Shown piece by piece: positions 28,732 through 38,127 of a stretch of 64,000 bases of DNA. The stretch lies in the IMG/VR virus record IMGVR_UViG_3300029334_000002. The stretch is one strand, 5' to 3'. The position numbers and the translations under genes are program-made. Position 1 is the first letter of the stretch; the number at the start of each line of letters is the position of its first letter. The notes beneath the pieces are model-generated. The model saw only the letters and a program-made list of their open reading frames with translations. It was not told the DNA's origin and ran no database searches. This DNA is from a virus.

Positions 28732-29026
28732 CTCACCTAAAGTACAATACTATTGATCCCAGGTCTGTACCGGGTGAGGATCTTCTGAATGGGTAATGTG
28801 ATATGGGATTGTATCACACATTATTTTTGAAGGAGGTGTTGCCTATGGTAGCAGATATCATAACTATACTTACTTGCTTTGGTCCAACATTACAATTCGT
28901 AGTTGTTAACGTTATCCTCACCTTACGCAGCCACCTCTTTATTACTGACGCAAAATCCCTACGCTACCGTCAGTGTGGTATATGTCCATGTCCACAGTTC
29001 TCACTATACGTTACCCTCATTATTAA

Positions 29027-29998
29027 TTATTTATTTTCAACAGTTGCTATATTGCCTGATGTTAATTCTCCTGCGTCAACAATTGTTGCAGCATTTCCAC
29101 CTTGTACCTTCGGCACATCACCATTCCACTTATCAATCTTCTGTTTCTCAATAAGTTCTGGAGTAAGTGACTCAGCGATCTTTTTATTTGCTTCTGCTTC
29201 AGCATCCGCTTTAATTCTTGTAGCTTCAGCTTTACCTTCCGCAGTGATTTTCGCCTGTTCAGCTTCAATAGCGGCTTTCTCTTTATCCTGCTCCGCTGCG
29301 ATGAGAGCAACTTCCTTATCTTTATCTGCCTGTACCTTTGCAGTCTTAGCTTCAATATTTGCAAGTTCCAGTTCCTGCTGTGCATTTACTTTCTTCTGAA
29401 TAGCAGCCTGAGTTTCATCATCTGTAGAAATTGAAGTAAAGTTTACAGTATCAATGATGATTCCATATGGCTCAAATTTCTTTTTCAAGTATTTGTCAAG
29501 TGCTTCATTCAGTTCCTGGCGTTTATCACCAAATACATCTGTTACCGGATACTTAGCAGTTACTTCCTGTGTCCACGCTTTCATCTTTGGTTTAATGAAA
29601 GTATTTTTTACACTTTCTCCGGACTGACCTTTAAATCTTGTAAATACATCAGCAACTTGATCCTGATCGAACTTATAAGAGAATTCCAAATCAACAAGAA
29701 GCTGTTTCCCATCTGCGGTAGGAGTTTTAAAACTCTCATCTTTTGGTGAATCACCTTTATCTTCTGAAGTCAGATAAGACTGTTCAATACCAATTGAATA
29801 CAGTGATGTTTTTACTGTAGGTGAAATCAAATTCCATCCCTGTGAAAGAGTATCTTTTGAAATTCCACCGTTCATCTTGTATTCTACAGCTACATAACCA
29901 GCAGGAACTCTTACTGTGCACTTTGCTACACAAATTAATCCTGCTGCAATTATTACTGCTAATCCAACCCCACCTAAAAAACCTTTTTTCTTTTTCAT
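29027..29998 (-). CDS. SPFH / band-7 (stomatin-prohibitin-flotillin-HflC) membrane protein
   Basis: N-terminal TM anchor, band-7 core, and a C-terminal Ala/Glu/Lys coiled coil (IEAKTAKVQADKDKEVALIAAEQDKEKAAIEAEQAKI). Confidence 0.65.
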   Translation of the reverse strand: MKKKKGFLGGVGLAVIIAAGLICVAKCTVRVPAGYVAVEYKMNGGISKDTLSQGWNLISPTVKTSLYSIGIEQSYLTSEDKGDSPKDESFKTPTADGKQLLVDLEFSYKFDQDQVADVFTRFKGQSGESVKNTFIKPKMKAWTQEVTAKYPVTDVFGDKRQELNEALDKYLKKKFEPYGIIIDTVNFTSISTDDETQAAIQKKVNAQQELELANIEAKTAKVQADKDKEVALIAAEQDKEKAAIEAEQAKITAEGKAEATRIKADAEAEANKKIAESLTPELIEKQKIDKWNGDVPKVQGGNAATIVDAGELTSGNIATVENK

Positions 29999-30186
29999 TA
30001 CTCATTCTCCTTATCTTTTTCTTTATTTTCTTCTCTGTTTATTTCGTCTACTGCATCTTTCCAAATTCTATGCAAGAATCGTCCGAATGGATAAAACAGT
30101 GCAGATAATAGAAACCATAAAATTACTGCTCCAACCAATACTAAAAATACAAATACTGGATTCATGCTCTCTCCTTTATAATTCAA
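29998..30186 (-). CDS. Small membrane protein
   Basis: Hydrophobic ORF coupled to the SPFH gene. Confidence 0.3.
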   Translation of the reverse strand: MNYKGESMNPVFVFLVLVGAVILWFLLSALFYPFGRFLHRIWKDAVDEINREENKEKDKENE

Positions 30187-30427
30187 TACCTTCCATAACA
30201 GCTCTAGCTTCTAAAATAGCTAAATAATTTGCCATAGCATCAATCTGAATATTATAAATGCTTCTTGGGCATGTTGGCTCAAAACTAAGACTTCCATTGT
30301 CCCATTTAAAAAGTATAGACTGCAAACCTCTGAATCTAAGCATTAACTGGTAATATTCAGCTTTGAATCTCTCGTTATAATCTGGGCTAACCATCATTTC
30401 TGTTGTTTCTTTTAATGTTTTTACCAT
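30176..30427 (-). CDS. Hypothetical small protein
   Basis: ORF only. Confidence 0.3.
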   Translation of the reverse strand: MVKTLKETTEMMVSPDYNERFKAEYYQLMLRFRGLQSILFKWDNGSLSFEPTCPRSIYNIQIDAMANYLAILEARAVMEGIEL

Positions 30428-30576
30428 GTTATTTGTCTCCTTTATATTCTTTAATATTATTTACAAATGTCCAAGTGAAAAAAGCTACTAGCATTAAACT
30501 AAATAAATTTTTATAAGTAATAAGATCTACTAATGATATTGCTATAAAAATAGCATCAAGAATGATAAAAAATATG

Positions 30577-30999
30577 TTAAGTTTCATTTAATTCATCTCT
30601 CACTCTCATAAGTATCTTCCCAAGCCTATTTTCTCCAACTCCATCTACAGTTCCCCAAATAGTATCTCCCCAAGTATTACCCTCTTCCAGATGCTCGTTT
30701 CCTGTAGCAAGTAATTTTTCCTTAAGGTCTGGATTCTGAGTGAATTTAGCCAGTACAATTTCATACATTACTTTATCTTTCACTTCTTCCCAATCTGATC
30801 TCAAATCAATCTTTCTACCTGCTGCCTTTGCCTCTGATGGGCTAGCTTGAGAAAATAACTGGAATTTTAGTCTACGATTTTTTGTTTTCTGTGCTTGAAA
30901 AGCTGCTTCATTATTTGTATAGTCCCATCCGTTATAACTTACCGGTGCCATATAAAAGTTACTTAAAAAGTAATAATCTCCAGTAAAACTATTAATCAT
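30577..30999 (-). CDS. NADAR-domain protein (YbiA/DUF1768 family; N-glycosidase / ADP-ribose-processing)
   Basis: GDYYFLSNFY near the N-terminus (NADAR hallmark GxYxxLSNF), a conserved W/E pattern, about 140 aa. Confidence 0.65.
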   Translation of the reverse strand: MINSFTGDYYFLSNFYMAPVSYNGWDYTNNEAAFQAQKTKNRRLKFQLFSQASPSEAKAAGRKIDLRSDWEEVKDKVMYEIVLAKFTQNPDLKEKLLATGNEHLEEGNTWGDTIWGTVDGVGENRLGKILMRVRDELNET

Positions 31000-31010
31000 T
31001 TTTCTCCTTC

Positions 31011-31193
31011 CTAATAATCACTACAAGTTACTGTCAAACTTACAAATCCATCATTTTGCTCAAAAGATGTAATAAACTCATCTTTTACCAATTCTTCTAC
31101 TATATCTCTGTCAGTTATTTTTGCTCCAATTAATTTAGGATCAGTCAAGTCGTATTCAGCTTCTACAGTGATCACTCTTTTTGTTGGTGCCAA
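31011..31193 (-). CDS. Hypothetical small protein (TTG start)
   Basis: ORF only. Confidence 0.25.
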   Translation of the reverse strand: MAPTKRVITVEAEYDLTDPKLIGAKITDRDIVEELVKDEFITSFEQNDGFVSLTVTCSDY

Positions 31194-31426
31194 AATTTCC
31201 TTTTCACATGCGTCATCAATTGGTTTATTTAATATTCGTTTTCCTCTTTGCGTAATATCACCTCCATATTTTATTTCATTGTTTAACCTCCTTAAGTGTA
31301 GGTGAGGAATTGAACCCCACCTTAACCTTTTGTTACTACACTTATTTTCTCTTCCCTACAAAGAATCCAACTAAGAAACAGGTTAATAAGCATACTACAA
31401 ACACGCCTATATTTAACACTATCATT

Positions 31427-32173
31427 TTATTTGCCTTTCTTTGTTTTCAGTTCCTGCAACTTTTTATTAATTTCATCATCTTTCATTTTCTTATCCAGAC
31501 GCTGTTTTTGCACAATAGTAGAACTTTCATAAACGATCCTAGCTCCATCAGCAGCCTCTTTTTGCTTTTTAACTCCGTCACGTACTTTCTCTAGCATCTT
31601 TTCCTCTTCACTAGAAGATACTCCCGGTGTTACATTAAAAGCTTTTGATGCCTGAGCTGTTTCCAAAGTTAAAACAGCACTTTCTTTTTCTGCTTTTAAA
31701 TCATTAAGCTGTTGCTGTAATACTTCTACTTTTTCTTTCTGTACGTCAGCATTCTCTTTCCATTCTTTTAATGTACTCTTAATAAAATCAATCTTATCAT
31801 TCAGCTCCTGTTGTTCTTTTAAGTAGACTTTTGCTGCTTCGTCATCTCCTCGATCCACACAAGCATTTACATTTACATCTGCTTTCATGGCATCTTTCTT
31901 CAAATGGAACAGGTCATCTTCATAATTGGAAATCTTACCAAGCATCTGTTGATATCTTACATTTTCCTGCTGAAGTTCATCTTCTTTCTTTTCAATAGCA
32001 GCGTTATAATAAGCTTTAGCTCCCTCAGGGGTGGCTGCATCTTTTTGAATTGCTTCGTCTGCTGTACCAGCAACTCTAAGTGACACTCTCTTACCAATTT
32101 GAGTTGTACGTGCAATAAATAACACAATACTAATTACTACAGCTATTAGGACCACAATTTCAAATAAGTTCAT
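31427..32173 (-). CDS. PspA/IM30-like coiled-coil protein with an N-terminal TM helix
   Basis: N-terminal hydrophobic helix, then a PspA-like coiled coil (CVDRGDDEAAKVYLKEQQEL resembles the PspA ALQKGDEDLAREAL segment). Confidence 0.45.
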   Translation of the reverse strand: MNLFEIVVLIAVVISIVLFIARTTQIGKRVSLRVAGTADEAIQKDAATPEGAKAYYNAAIEKKEDELQQENVRYQQMLGKISNYEDDLFHLKKDAMKADVNVNACVDRGDDEAAKVYLKEQQELNDKIDFIKSTLKEWKENADVQKEKVEVLQQQLNDLKAEKESAVLTLETAQASKAFNVTPGVSSSEEEKMLEKVRDGVKKQKEAADGARIVYESSTIVQKQRLDKKMKDDEINKKLQELKTKKGK

Positions 32174-32811
32174 TAGTCTCTCCCCTCATCAATATCAAGC
32201 CCAAAGTTTTTAAACAGTTCTGTCATACCTCCCACATAACCGGAACCTAATGCCTGGAATTTGAATCCATCTCCGTAACGGTATAATTTACCCATTTCTA
32301 CTGCATTCAATTTTTCAAAGTTCTCATTCTCAGACAGATCATATTCATACTTATCACCATCTGGATTGTCGTAATCACAAATTGTCATAACTGCATTGGA
32401 GACCATTCCAAAGTTCTGCATACGCTGTAATGCCCTAAAAATTGTTAAGCAGATAGTAAATTCTGTTTTATCTTTCGGGAATGTGTCAGCATGTACAATA
32501 AAATATTCGTCATAATGCTTTCCATTAAAAATCATTCCCTGAGAATCATCACCAGTTTTATTGTCTCCTGAATAATCTACCCAAGGATATGCAGACCCAT
32601 CTTCATAGGTTTTATAGTTTACTAAATCTTCTGGGTATACTACTTTGCGACTTGAATCTGTTAAAAATCCATTGATATCAAAGTCAATATCTGCTTCACC
32701 AGCATAACGGTTCTGATCCCAATTGACTCCAATGAAGAAGTTCTTAATACCTGTACCATCCTCTTTTACCATACTAATTTTCTGATTTTTGCTCATGTTG
32801 ATTACTGCCAT
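32173..32811 (-). CDS. terD: TerD-family protein (tellurite-resistance / Ca-binding TerD domain)
   Basis: MAVINMSKNQKISMVK...IGVNWDQN, GDNKTGDD, FGMVSNAVMTICD and FKFQALGSGYVGGM align along the whole length with E. coli TerD. Confidence 0.8.
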   Translation of the reverse strand: MAVINMSKNQKISMVKEDGTGIKNFFIGVNWDQNRYAGEADIDFDINGFLTDSSRKVVYPEDLVNYKTYEDGSAYPWVDYSGDNKTGDDSQGMIFNGKHYDEYFIVHADTFPKDKTEFTICLTIFRALQRMQNFGMVSNAVMTICDYDNPDGDKYEYDLSENENFEKLNAVEMGKLYRYGDGFKFQALGSGYVGGMTELFKNFGLDIDEGRD

Positions 32812-32828
32812 ATCTCTTTATCTCCTTT

Positions 32829-33596
32829 TTATTTATTATTCAGCCAGTCTTTATACTGACGAAGAATCTCTGTATATAACTGTTCATCAGACATTTTATT
32901 CATGTCTTTTACTGCTGTAAAACCGGTGTTATCATGTTTTCTACCTTTCATATTGTCAAGGGATTTTAAATAACCAAAATCTTCATCCCCAATTCCTATG
33001 AACTGTACAAAGATGTTGTACTCTGAAAGCTCTTTAATAACTGCATTGGTGGCAGAAGTGTCACTGTTCTCACCATCTGTAATAAAGATGATAAATGCTG
33101 GAATCTCACTTGGCTCGATATCTTTATAATATGTAACCATTTCTTTCAATACAGGAGCATAATTAGTACCACCCATATACATATGAGCTTTTTTCATAAC
33201 ATTTTTAACATAACTACTATAATTATCAGCGTTAGCAGCTTTTAAGCGCTCCGCTCCATTTGAGAACAACCAACTCTCAAGTTCTCCATTATCGTCAAAT
33301 CTTAGAGCAATAGGCAACAAACGAGAAATGGTTTCCTGTACAGATCCATTATCATACAGCCAATCCATACTTCCTGAATAATCCATTGCAAGAGCTACTC
33401 TAGCTGTATGTTTTGTCATATCAATCTTGCTTCCCTTAGACATATCAATAAGTACTTTGCCAAGATTTTCACTGTGCTTAGACATATCAATTGTCTGTGA
33501 CTTTTCTTCATATACAGGTTGCTGAGTTACAGCAGAAGATAACTCTACTGCTGCTTCCTCATCTTTTTTTCCGAATAGTTTTCCCAAAAATCCCAT
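32829..33596 (-). CDS. von Willebrand factor A (vWA) protein, TerY/TerF-C-like
   Basis: MIDAS motif ALAMDYSGSM and a vWA core (FIIFITDGENSD). It sits immediately next to terD. Confidence 0.65.
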   Translation of the reverse strand: MGFLGKLFGKKDEEAAVELSSAVTQQPVYEEKSQTIDMSKHSENLGKVLIDMSKGSKIDMTKHTARVALAMDYSGSMDWLYDNGSVQETISRLLPIALRFDDNGELESWLFSNGAERLKAANADNYSSYVKNVMKKAHMYMGGTNYAPVLKEMVTYYKDIEPSEIPAFIIFITDGENSDTSATNAVIKELSEYNIFVQFIGIGDEDFGYLKSLDNMKGRKHDNTGFTAVKDMNKMSDEQLYTEILRQYKDWLNNK

Positions 33597-33597
33597 T

Positions 33598-36219
33598 TTA
33601 GTTACTTCCTTTCTTACAAATTGTTTTTCTAATCCAATCTACAGGTACAACCATAAATGCTGTCACAAGGACTACAATCCACTGTTTAACATCCATTGGA
33701 GTTGTCTGTACTAGATTTCCTACAAAGTTACACAAAACTACAGCCATTGCAAAAATACCTAATGCGATATACACAAATAATTTATTATTTTTAATTCCTT
33801 TGAAAAGATTCATACTATCTGTTCTAATAGTGAATCCATTAAATACTGCCATTAAACACAATAAAGCGAATCTCGCTGTCATAGCCGAAAGTTTTGTTGC
33901 AAACATATTTCCAACTGGACCAAATGTAATTACACCAAATAAAGCAATAAATACAATTGAACTTAATGCAATTCTCCCTTTCGCTCCACGGATAAATAAT
34001 CCGGATCCTTTCATGATAGGCTCTTCATTCATATATTCCTCTTTTGGCGGTTCTCCACCAAAGCTTAATGAGTTAAGTGAATCCATGATGATATTTACAA
34101 TAAGGATCTGAACTGCTGCTAATAGAGCAGAGCCACCAGAAATAATTGGAAATACCATACTTAAGATCAACAACGAAATATTGATAGGCAGCTGGAATTC
34201 AAGGAACATCATAATGTTATGCATAAATGTTCTACCAAGTTCGACTGCCTTTACCACACTTGCAAAATTATTGTCTGTCAAAACAATATCTGCAGCTTCT
34301 TTTGCTACATCAGATCCGTCTTGCATTCCAAAGCCTACATCTGCTTTCTTTAATGCGGGAGCATCGTTCACACCGTCACCGGTCATAGCAACAGACATCC
34401 CAATTTCTTGTGCTAATGTTACAAGACGAAGCTTTGTATTTGGTGAACATCTGGAGATTACTCTTAACTGTGGAATAATTTCTTTTACTTTTACATCTGA
34501 CATTGCCTCAAACTCATCATTGGTAACTGCTAAGTCTCCAGGCTTATAAATGCCAGCTTCCATAGCAACAGCCTTAGCAGTTTCCATACAGTCACCAGTA
34601 ATTTCAATTACCTGAATTCCAGCTTTATGAGCAATTTTTACTGCTTCTGGAACTTCATTCCTAACCGGGTCAACAACTCCAATGATTCCAAGGAGATTCA
34701 TTTCATCGGGGAGACCATCATCAGTTTTATCTGAGATAGTCAATGCAATACATCTCATTGCCTTCTCTGTTAATCCCTTAATATGGCTCTTTAAAGCTTT
34801 TCTTTTTTCTTCTGTCAGCTCAGTTACAATGCCATCATTATCAAGATAAAATTTACACTTCTCAATTAATTTCTCTGGTGCGCCTTTATAAACAGTAAAA
34901 TCATTTGCTCCATTATTTAAAGTAACTGCAGAGAATTTATTTTCACTACTAAATGGAACACGTTTCTTCATGATAGCTTTATTCTGTATTTTTTGTGCGT
35001 CTTCAGGAGAAAGCATATCAAACACTGCTCGATCAATTGAATTCCCACCAGTGATATTCCCATTAGAATCAAACACTGCACTATTATTCATACAAATGTT
35101 TAAATCAATTAGCTCGTTGAGCGAACTTTCCTTATTAAAAATATCCTGACAGTTACCGTTAATCATAACTGTAGAAGTCATTTCACCTGTTGTGAGAGTT
35201 CCTGTCTTATCCGTACAAATTAAATTAACATACGCCAATTCAGGAATTTTACCAGTATTCTTCGCAAGAATATTGAATTTTTCCATTGTCGATACATTCT
35301 GTTTAGTTACAAGTTTTACAATGAGTGGCAGACCTTCCGGTACAGCCGCAACAATAATTGTCAATGCATTTGAGACATTCTGTGCTACCTTCTGAATACT
35401 TTCAAGAATACTTCCTGAGAAATACTGACTTAAGCTTCCAGCATTTAAGATACCTGTAATTGTCATAATTACAAATGCTAATGCTGCCGCAATTGTTCCC
35501 CATTTTGAAATAAAATCACACAAATGATCCAGAGCAATATCAAGAGCTGTCTTAGGAGGCTCTAAAGTCTGCATTTTGACAAGAGTATCACCATTAACTG
35601 TATTAACACCAACATCTGTAACAATCATTTTTCCTTCACCAGACATGATAACTGTTCCTGCAAAGAGAGAACACTGATCCGTATATGCAGTAGTTGATGT
35701 TGTTTTAACATGCTTATAATTAGCACTAGGAATTTTTCTACATTCTTTTGTCTCTCCATTGATAGCGGCGTTATTAACAGAAATTTCTCCATCAACAATA
35801 AATCCATCTGCAAAAATCTCTTGTCCAGTTCTCAATAGAACTAAATCACCTACTACCAGATCATCTTTATTAATTGTCTGTACGCTTCCATCTCGGACAA
35901 CATCACAATATCTAACTGCCGTTTTTGCTCTTAGCTCTGCTGCAGATTTCTGTACGCCTAGACCTGTCTTAATAGCAATTCCAGTAACAATAGCTAAAAC
36001 CACTATAATCATTACAGGTTCAGAAAGAGACATTACTCCCATAGCTCCTAAAACCAACTGAAACAAAGCAATTATTATTAGAATCATAGTAATTGGTTCA
36101 GTTAATGCCTCCTTAGCAAAATGATACCATTTCTTCAATTCAGGCTCCGGAAGCTTATTACTTCCATATGTAGTCCTACTAACCTCTACTTCGCTACTTT
36201 TTAATCCATTAAAATTCAT
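33598..36219 (-). CDS. P-type cation-transporting ATPase (type II, Ca2+/Mg2+-like)
   Basis: Phosphorylation motif DKTGTLT, hinge TGDGVNDAPALKKADVGFGM, an N-terminal cation_ATPase_N-like region and about 10 TM helices. Confidence 0.8.
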   Translation of the reverse strand: MNFNGLKSSEVEVSRTTYGSNKLPEPELKKWYHFAKEALTEPITMILIIIALFQLVLGAMGVMSLSEPVMIIVVLAIVTGIAIKTGLGVQKSAAELRAKTAVRYCDVVRDGSVQTINKDDLVVGDLVLLRTGQEIFADGFIVDGEISVNNAAINGETKECRKIPSANYKHVKTTSTTAYTDQCSLFAGTVIMSGEGKMIVTDVGVNTVNGDTLVKMQTLEPPKTALDIALDHLCDFISKWGTIAAALAFVIMTITGILNAGSLSQYFSGSILESIQKVAQNVSNALTIIVAAVPEGLPLIVKLVTKQNVSTMEKFNILAKNTGKIPELAYVNLICTDKTGTLTTGEMTSTVMINGNCQDIFNKESSLNELIDLNICMNNSAVFDSNGNITGGNSIDRAVFDMLSPEDAQKIQNKAIMKKRVPFSSENKFSAVTLNNGANDFTVYKGAPEKLIEKCKFYLDNDGIVTELTEEKRKALKSHIKGLTEKAMRCIALTISDKTDDGLPDEMNLLGIIGVVDPVRNEVPEAVKIAHKAGIQVIEITGDCMETAKAVAMEAGIYKPGDLAVTNDEFEAMSDVKVKEIIPQLRVISRCSPNTKLRLVTLAQEIGMSVAMTGDGVNDAPALKKADVGFGMQDGSDVAKEAADIVLTDNNFASVVKAVELGRTFMHNIMMFLEFQLPINISLLILSMVFPIISGGSALLAAVQILIVNIIMDSLNSLSFGGEPPKEEYMNEEPIMKGSGLFIRGAKGRIALSSIVFIALFGVITFGPVGNMFATKLSAMTARFALLCLMAVFNGFTIRTDSMNLFKGIKNNKLFVYIALGIFAMAVVLCNFVGNLVQTTPMDVKQWIVVLVTAFMVVPVDWIRKTICKKGSN

Positions 36220-36221
36220 TC

Positions 36222-37256
36222 TTAAATCTCTCCTAATACAATTCTTTCATTGACAGACATTACAAATTCTTCTATAGCTTTATAATTTGGTTTATCAGGC
36301 AATAAGGTATTCTTTGAATCATACTCAAGTCTTTTCTCTAACTCGTTTACCATTTCAAAAAATTCTGGGATAGGCTGACTGTTTGCATCCAAATATTCTC
36401 CATTACGTAGAGCCATAAGAAGCTCATGATCATCTTCTCTATATGTAATAATTTTGCCTTTTTCAAGAATATCAAAACACATAAGATACAATCTCACTAA
36501 ATGGCACATATGCTTTCCTAACTTATTATGTTCTATGGCATGCTTATTTCTCTTCCCAATTCTGGAATAATCCCTAATAATGTTTTTCATTTCGGCCCAC
36601 ATCCCCTGATAATCATTCAAAGGATAGTGCTTCAACTGGATATCCATAAATACTTCTGTTTCATAATCTTCCTGAATACCTTTATCTACATAAAGCTTTA
36701 TTGCATCTTCTGGAAAATTGAAATACTTTTCAGGGAAAGTATAAAAAGCATTCATAATACTATTAAGAACATGCTGCATTCTTTCTTCTTGTCTCAATTT
36801 CCTGGCAGCTTTATTATCAAGCCTTCTTAACTGGCTTGTAGCATAGCCTCCAAAAGAATAGATTGCTTTCTTAGATAAAAACATTTCAGCATTATCAAGA
36901 AGTTCTTGACCAATTGGATGAATATAAAGATAATGTTCTGGCTTCAATCCTATCAGCTCAATTGTGTTTGGGTTGCAGTTTGACAATAGAGTTATCAATT
37001 TATTAAAAGAATAGATTGTTGTATCTGTTGTTTCTTCCGTTACCTGATCAAAATTATGTGTAGGAATCAGGATTTCTTCTCTTTTATTTAAAGCACAACC
37101 CCTAATATCCAGATCGGAGTTTTCTGTATCTGTACCATAAGCATGAGACCCACCTAAGCCTAATAGAATTATGTTACTCCCCAGGTGCTCGTTCGCTCTT
37201 AAGAAATCATAGTGTTCACTTTTCAACAATTTTTTGATTTTCTCTATTTTCATCAA
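36222..37256 (-). CDS. Pol-beta superfamily nucleotidyltransferase
   Basis: GLGGSHAYGTDTENSDLDIRG fits the G[GS]x9-13[DE]h[DE]h minimal-NTase signature. Confidence 0.45.
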   Translation of the reverse strand: MMKIEKIKKLLKSEHYDFLRANEHLGSNIILLGLGGSHAYGTDTENSDLDIRGCALNKREEILIPTHNFDQVTEETTDTTIYSFNKLITLLSNCNPNTIELIGLKPEHYLYIHPIGQELLDNAEMFLSKKAIYSFGGYATSQLRRLDNKAARKLRQEERMQHVLNSIMNAFYTFPEKYFNFPEDAIKLYVDKGIQEDYETEVFMDIQLKHYPLNDYQGMWAEMKNIIRDYSRIGKRNKHAIEHNKLGKHMCHLVRLYLMCFDILEKGKIITYREDDHELLMALRNGEYLDANSQPIPEFFEMVNELEKRLEYDSKNTLLPDKPNYKAIEEFVMSVNERIVLGEI

Positions 37257-37734
37257 TTTCTCCTGTTGAATAATAATAATTTACTATATCGTCTAAGTTC
37301 CTTATCTCTTTTTCTAACTCTGCGCACTTTTTCTTGCTATCACATGCCCATAACTGTTTTCGTAGCTTCGTTGCAACCTCAGATACCTTTTCTGCTTCTT
37401 CTGTTTTATCAATGGTTTCTATGACATCAACTTCAATTGGTTCTCCGCAAAATGGACAGAATTTAAGAGGGTAATAATAGTCTTCAGGCCATGTATCTTC
37501 CCAGTCTTGGACTTCTTCGCTTATGTAAAAGAAAATTCCAAAAGTTTCATCAGTTTTATAGTCACAACCATGGCATTCTATAGTTTCACAAGTTCTACAT
37601 AAGTAGGCATCAGGATATTCATTAGAAATAATTATCCTAGGATTTTCTTCCAATGCCTTACAACAGAACTTTGGTTTATAATACTTATAAGATGTGTTGC
37701 CATCTACAATTATTTCCTTTGCTTTTATTTCCAT
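37216..37734 (-). CDS. Cys-rich hypothetical protein (several CxxC pairs)
   Basis: CC..C, CRTC..C, CPFC. Confidence 0.3.
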   Translation of the reverse strand: MEIKAKEIIVDGNTSYKYYKPKFCCKALEENPRIIISNEYPDAYLCRTCETIECHGCDYKTDETFGIFFYISEEVQDWEDTWPEDYYYPLKFCPFCGEPIEVDVIETIDKTEEAEKVSEVATKLRKQLWACDSKKKCAELEKEIRNLDDIVNYYYSTGEIDENRENQKIVEK

Positions 37735-37743
37735 GTTTACACC

Positions 37744-38127
37744 TCAGATAATCTGTAAGTTTTCATCACCAATAAGCCATGCAGAATTTAAAATAAAATT
37801 TTCATATGGGTCGCCACTGTCACCCCAGAACTCATCCGATCCAACTTCCCAATCGCCCAATGTTCCATCATTAAAGTTACCGTATAAATAATCTGCTGTG
37901 TGTTCTAAAAACGCATCCACAGCCTTATCATAATCTTCTTTTCTTATTGACTCTTCTACATCCGGCTCAAGATCAATCCATTTATGTTGCTCAATCAAAA
38001 AAGATTTAGCGTTATCTCTTACTTCCAACAGTGAATTTTTAATGTCTGTCAATGTTGCATCTTTCTTTTTTGCAATGATATAACTTGAAGACGAACTATT
38101 AGTAACAAATCCTCTTCTTATTTTCAT
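37744..38127 (-). CDS. Member of the KxGFVTNSSSSS(F/Y) N-terminal-motif paralog family
   Basis: Starts MKIRRGFVTNSSSSSYII; the C-terminal region is divergent and acidic. Confidence 0.45.
   Translation of the reverse strand: MKIRRGFVTNSSSSSYIIAKKKDATLTDIKNSLLEVRDNAKSFLIEQHKWIDLEPDVEESIRKEDYDKAVDAFLEHTADYLYGNFNDGTLGDWEVGSDEFWGDSGDPYENFILNSAWLIGDENLQII

Noticed and set aside
28803-29399. Plus-strand ORFs (28803-29399 and 28903-29154), and the minus ORF 29062-29385, overlapping the SPFH gene
   Set aside because: Ala/Ser/Leu-rich and Arg/Lys-rich low-complexity translations are typical of the wrong frame or strand of a coiled-coil (AEQAKI...) gene. They have no RBS logic and are antisense to, or out of frame with, a well-supported gene.
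31290-31400. Possible complete tRNA gene in the leader upstream of the NADAR operon (T-loop-like GGTTCAATTCC)
   Set aside because: Only acceptor-like and T-arm-like stems can be drawn; no D-arm or anticodon arm fits between them. It is reported only as a structured element.
31427-32173. TelA/KlaA (toxic anion resistance) assignment for the coiled-coil protein next to terD
   Set aside because: At 248 aa it is much shorter than TelA (about 380 aa), and the CVDRGDDEAAKVYL segment resembles PspA/IM30 more closely. It is kept as PspA-like with moderate confidence.
36222-37256. Calling the nucleotidyltransferase a CBASS CD-NTase
   Set aside because: Only the first GS...[DE]h[DE] motif is visible. 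I could not locate the downstream third acidic residue or a conserved CD-NTase C-terminal helical domain, and no effector or Cap genes are nearby.
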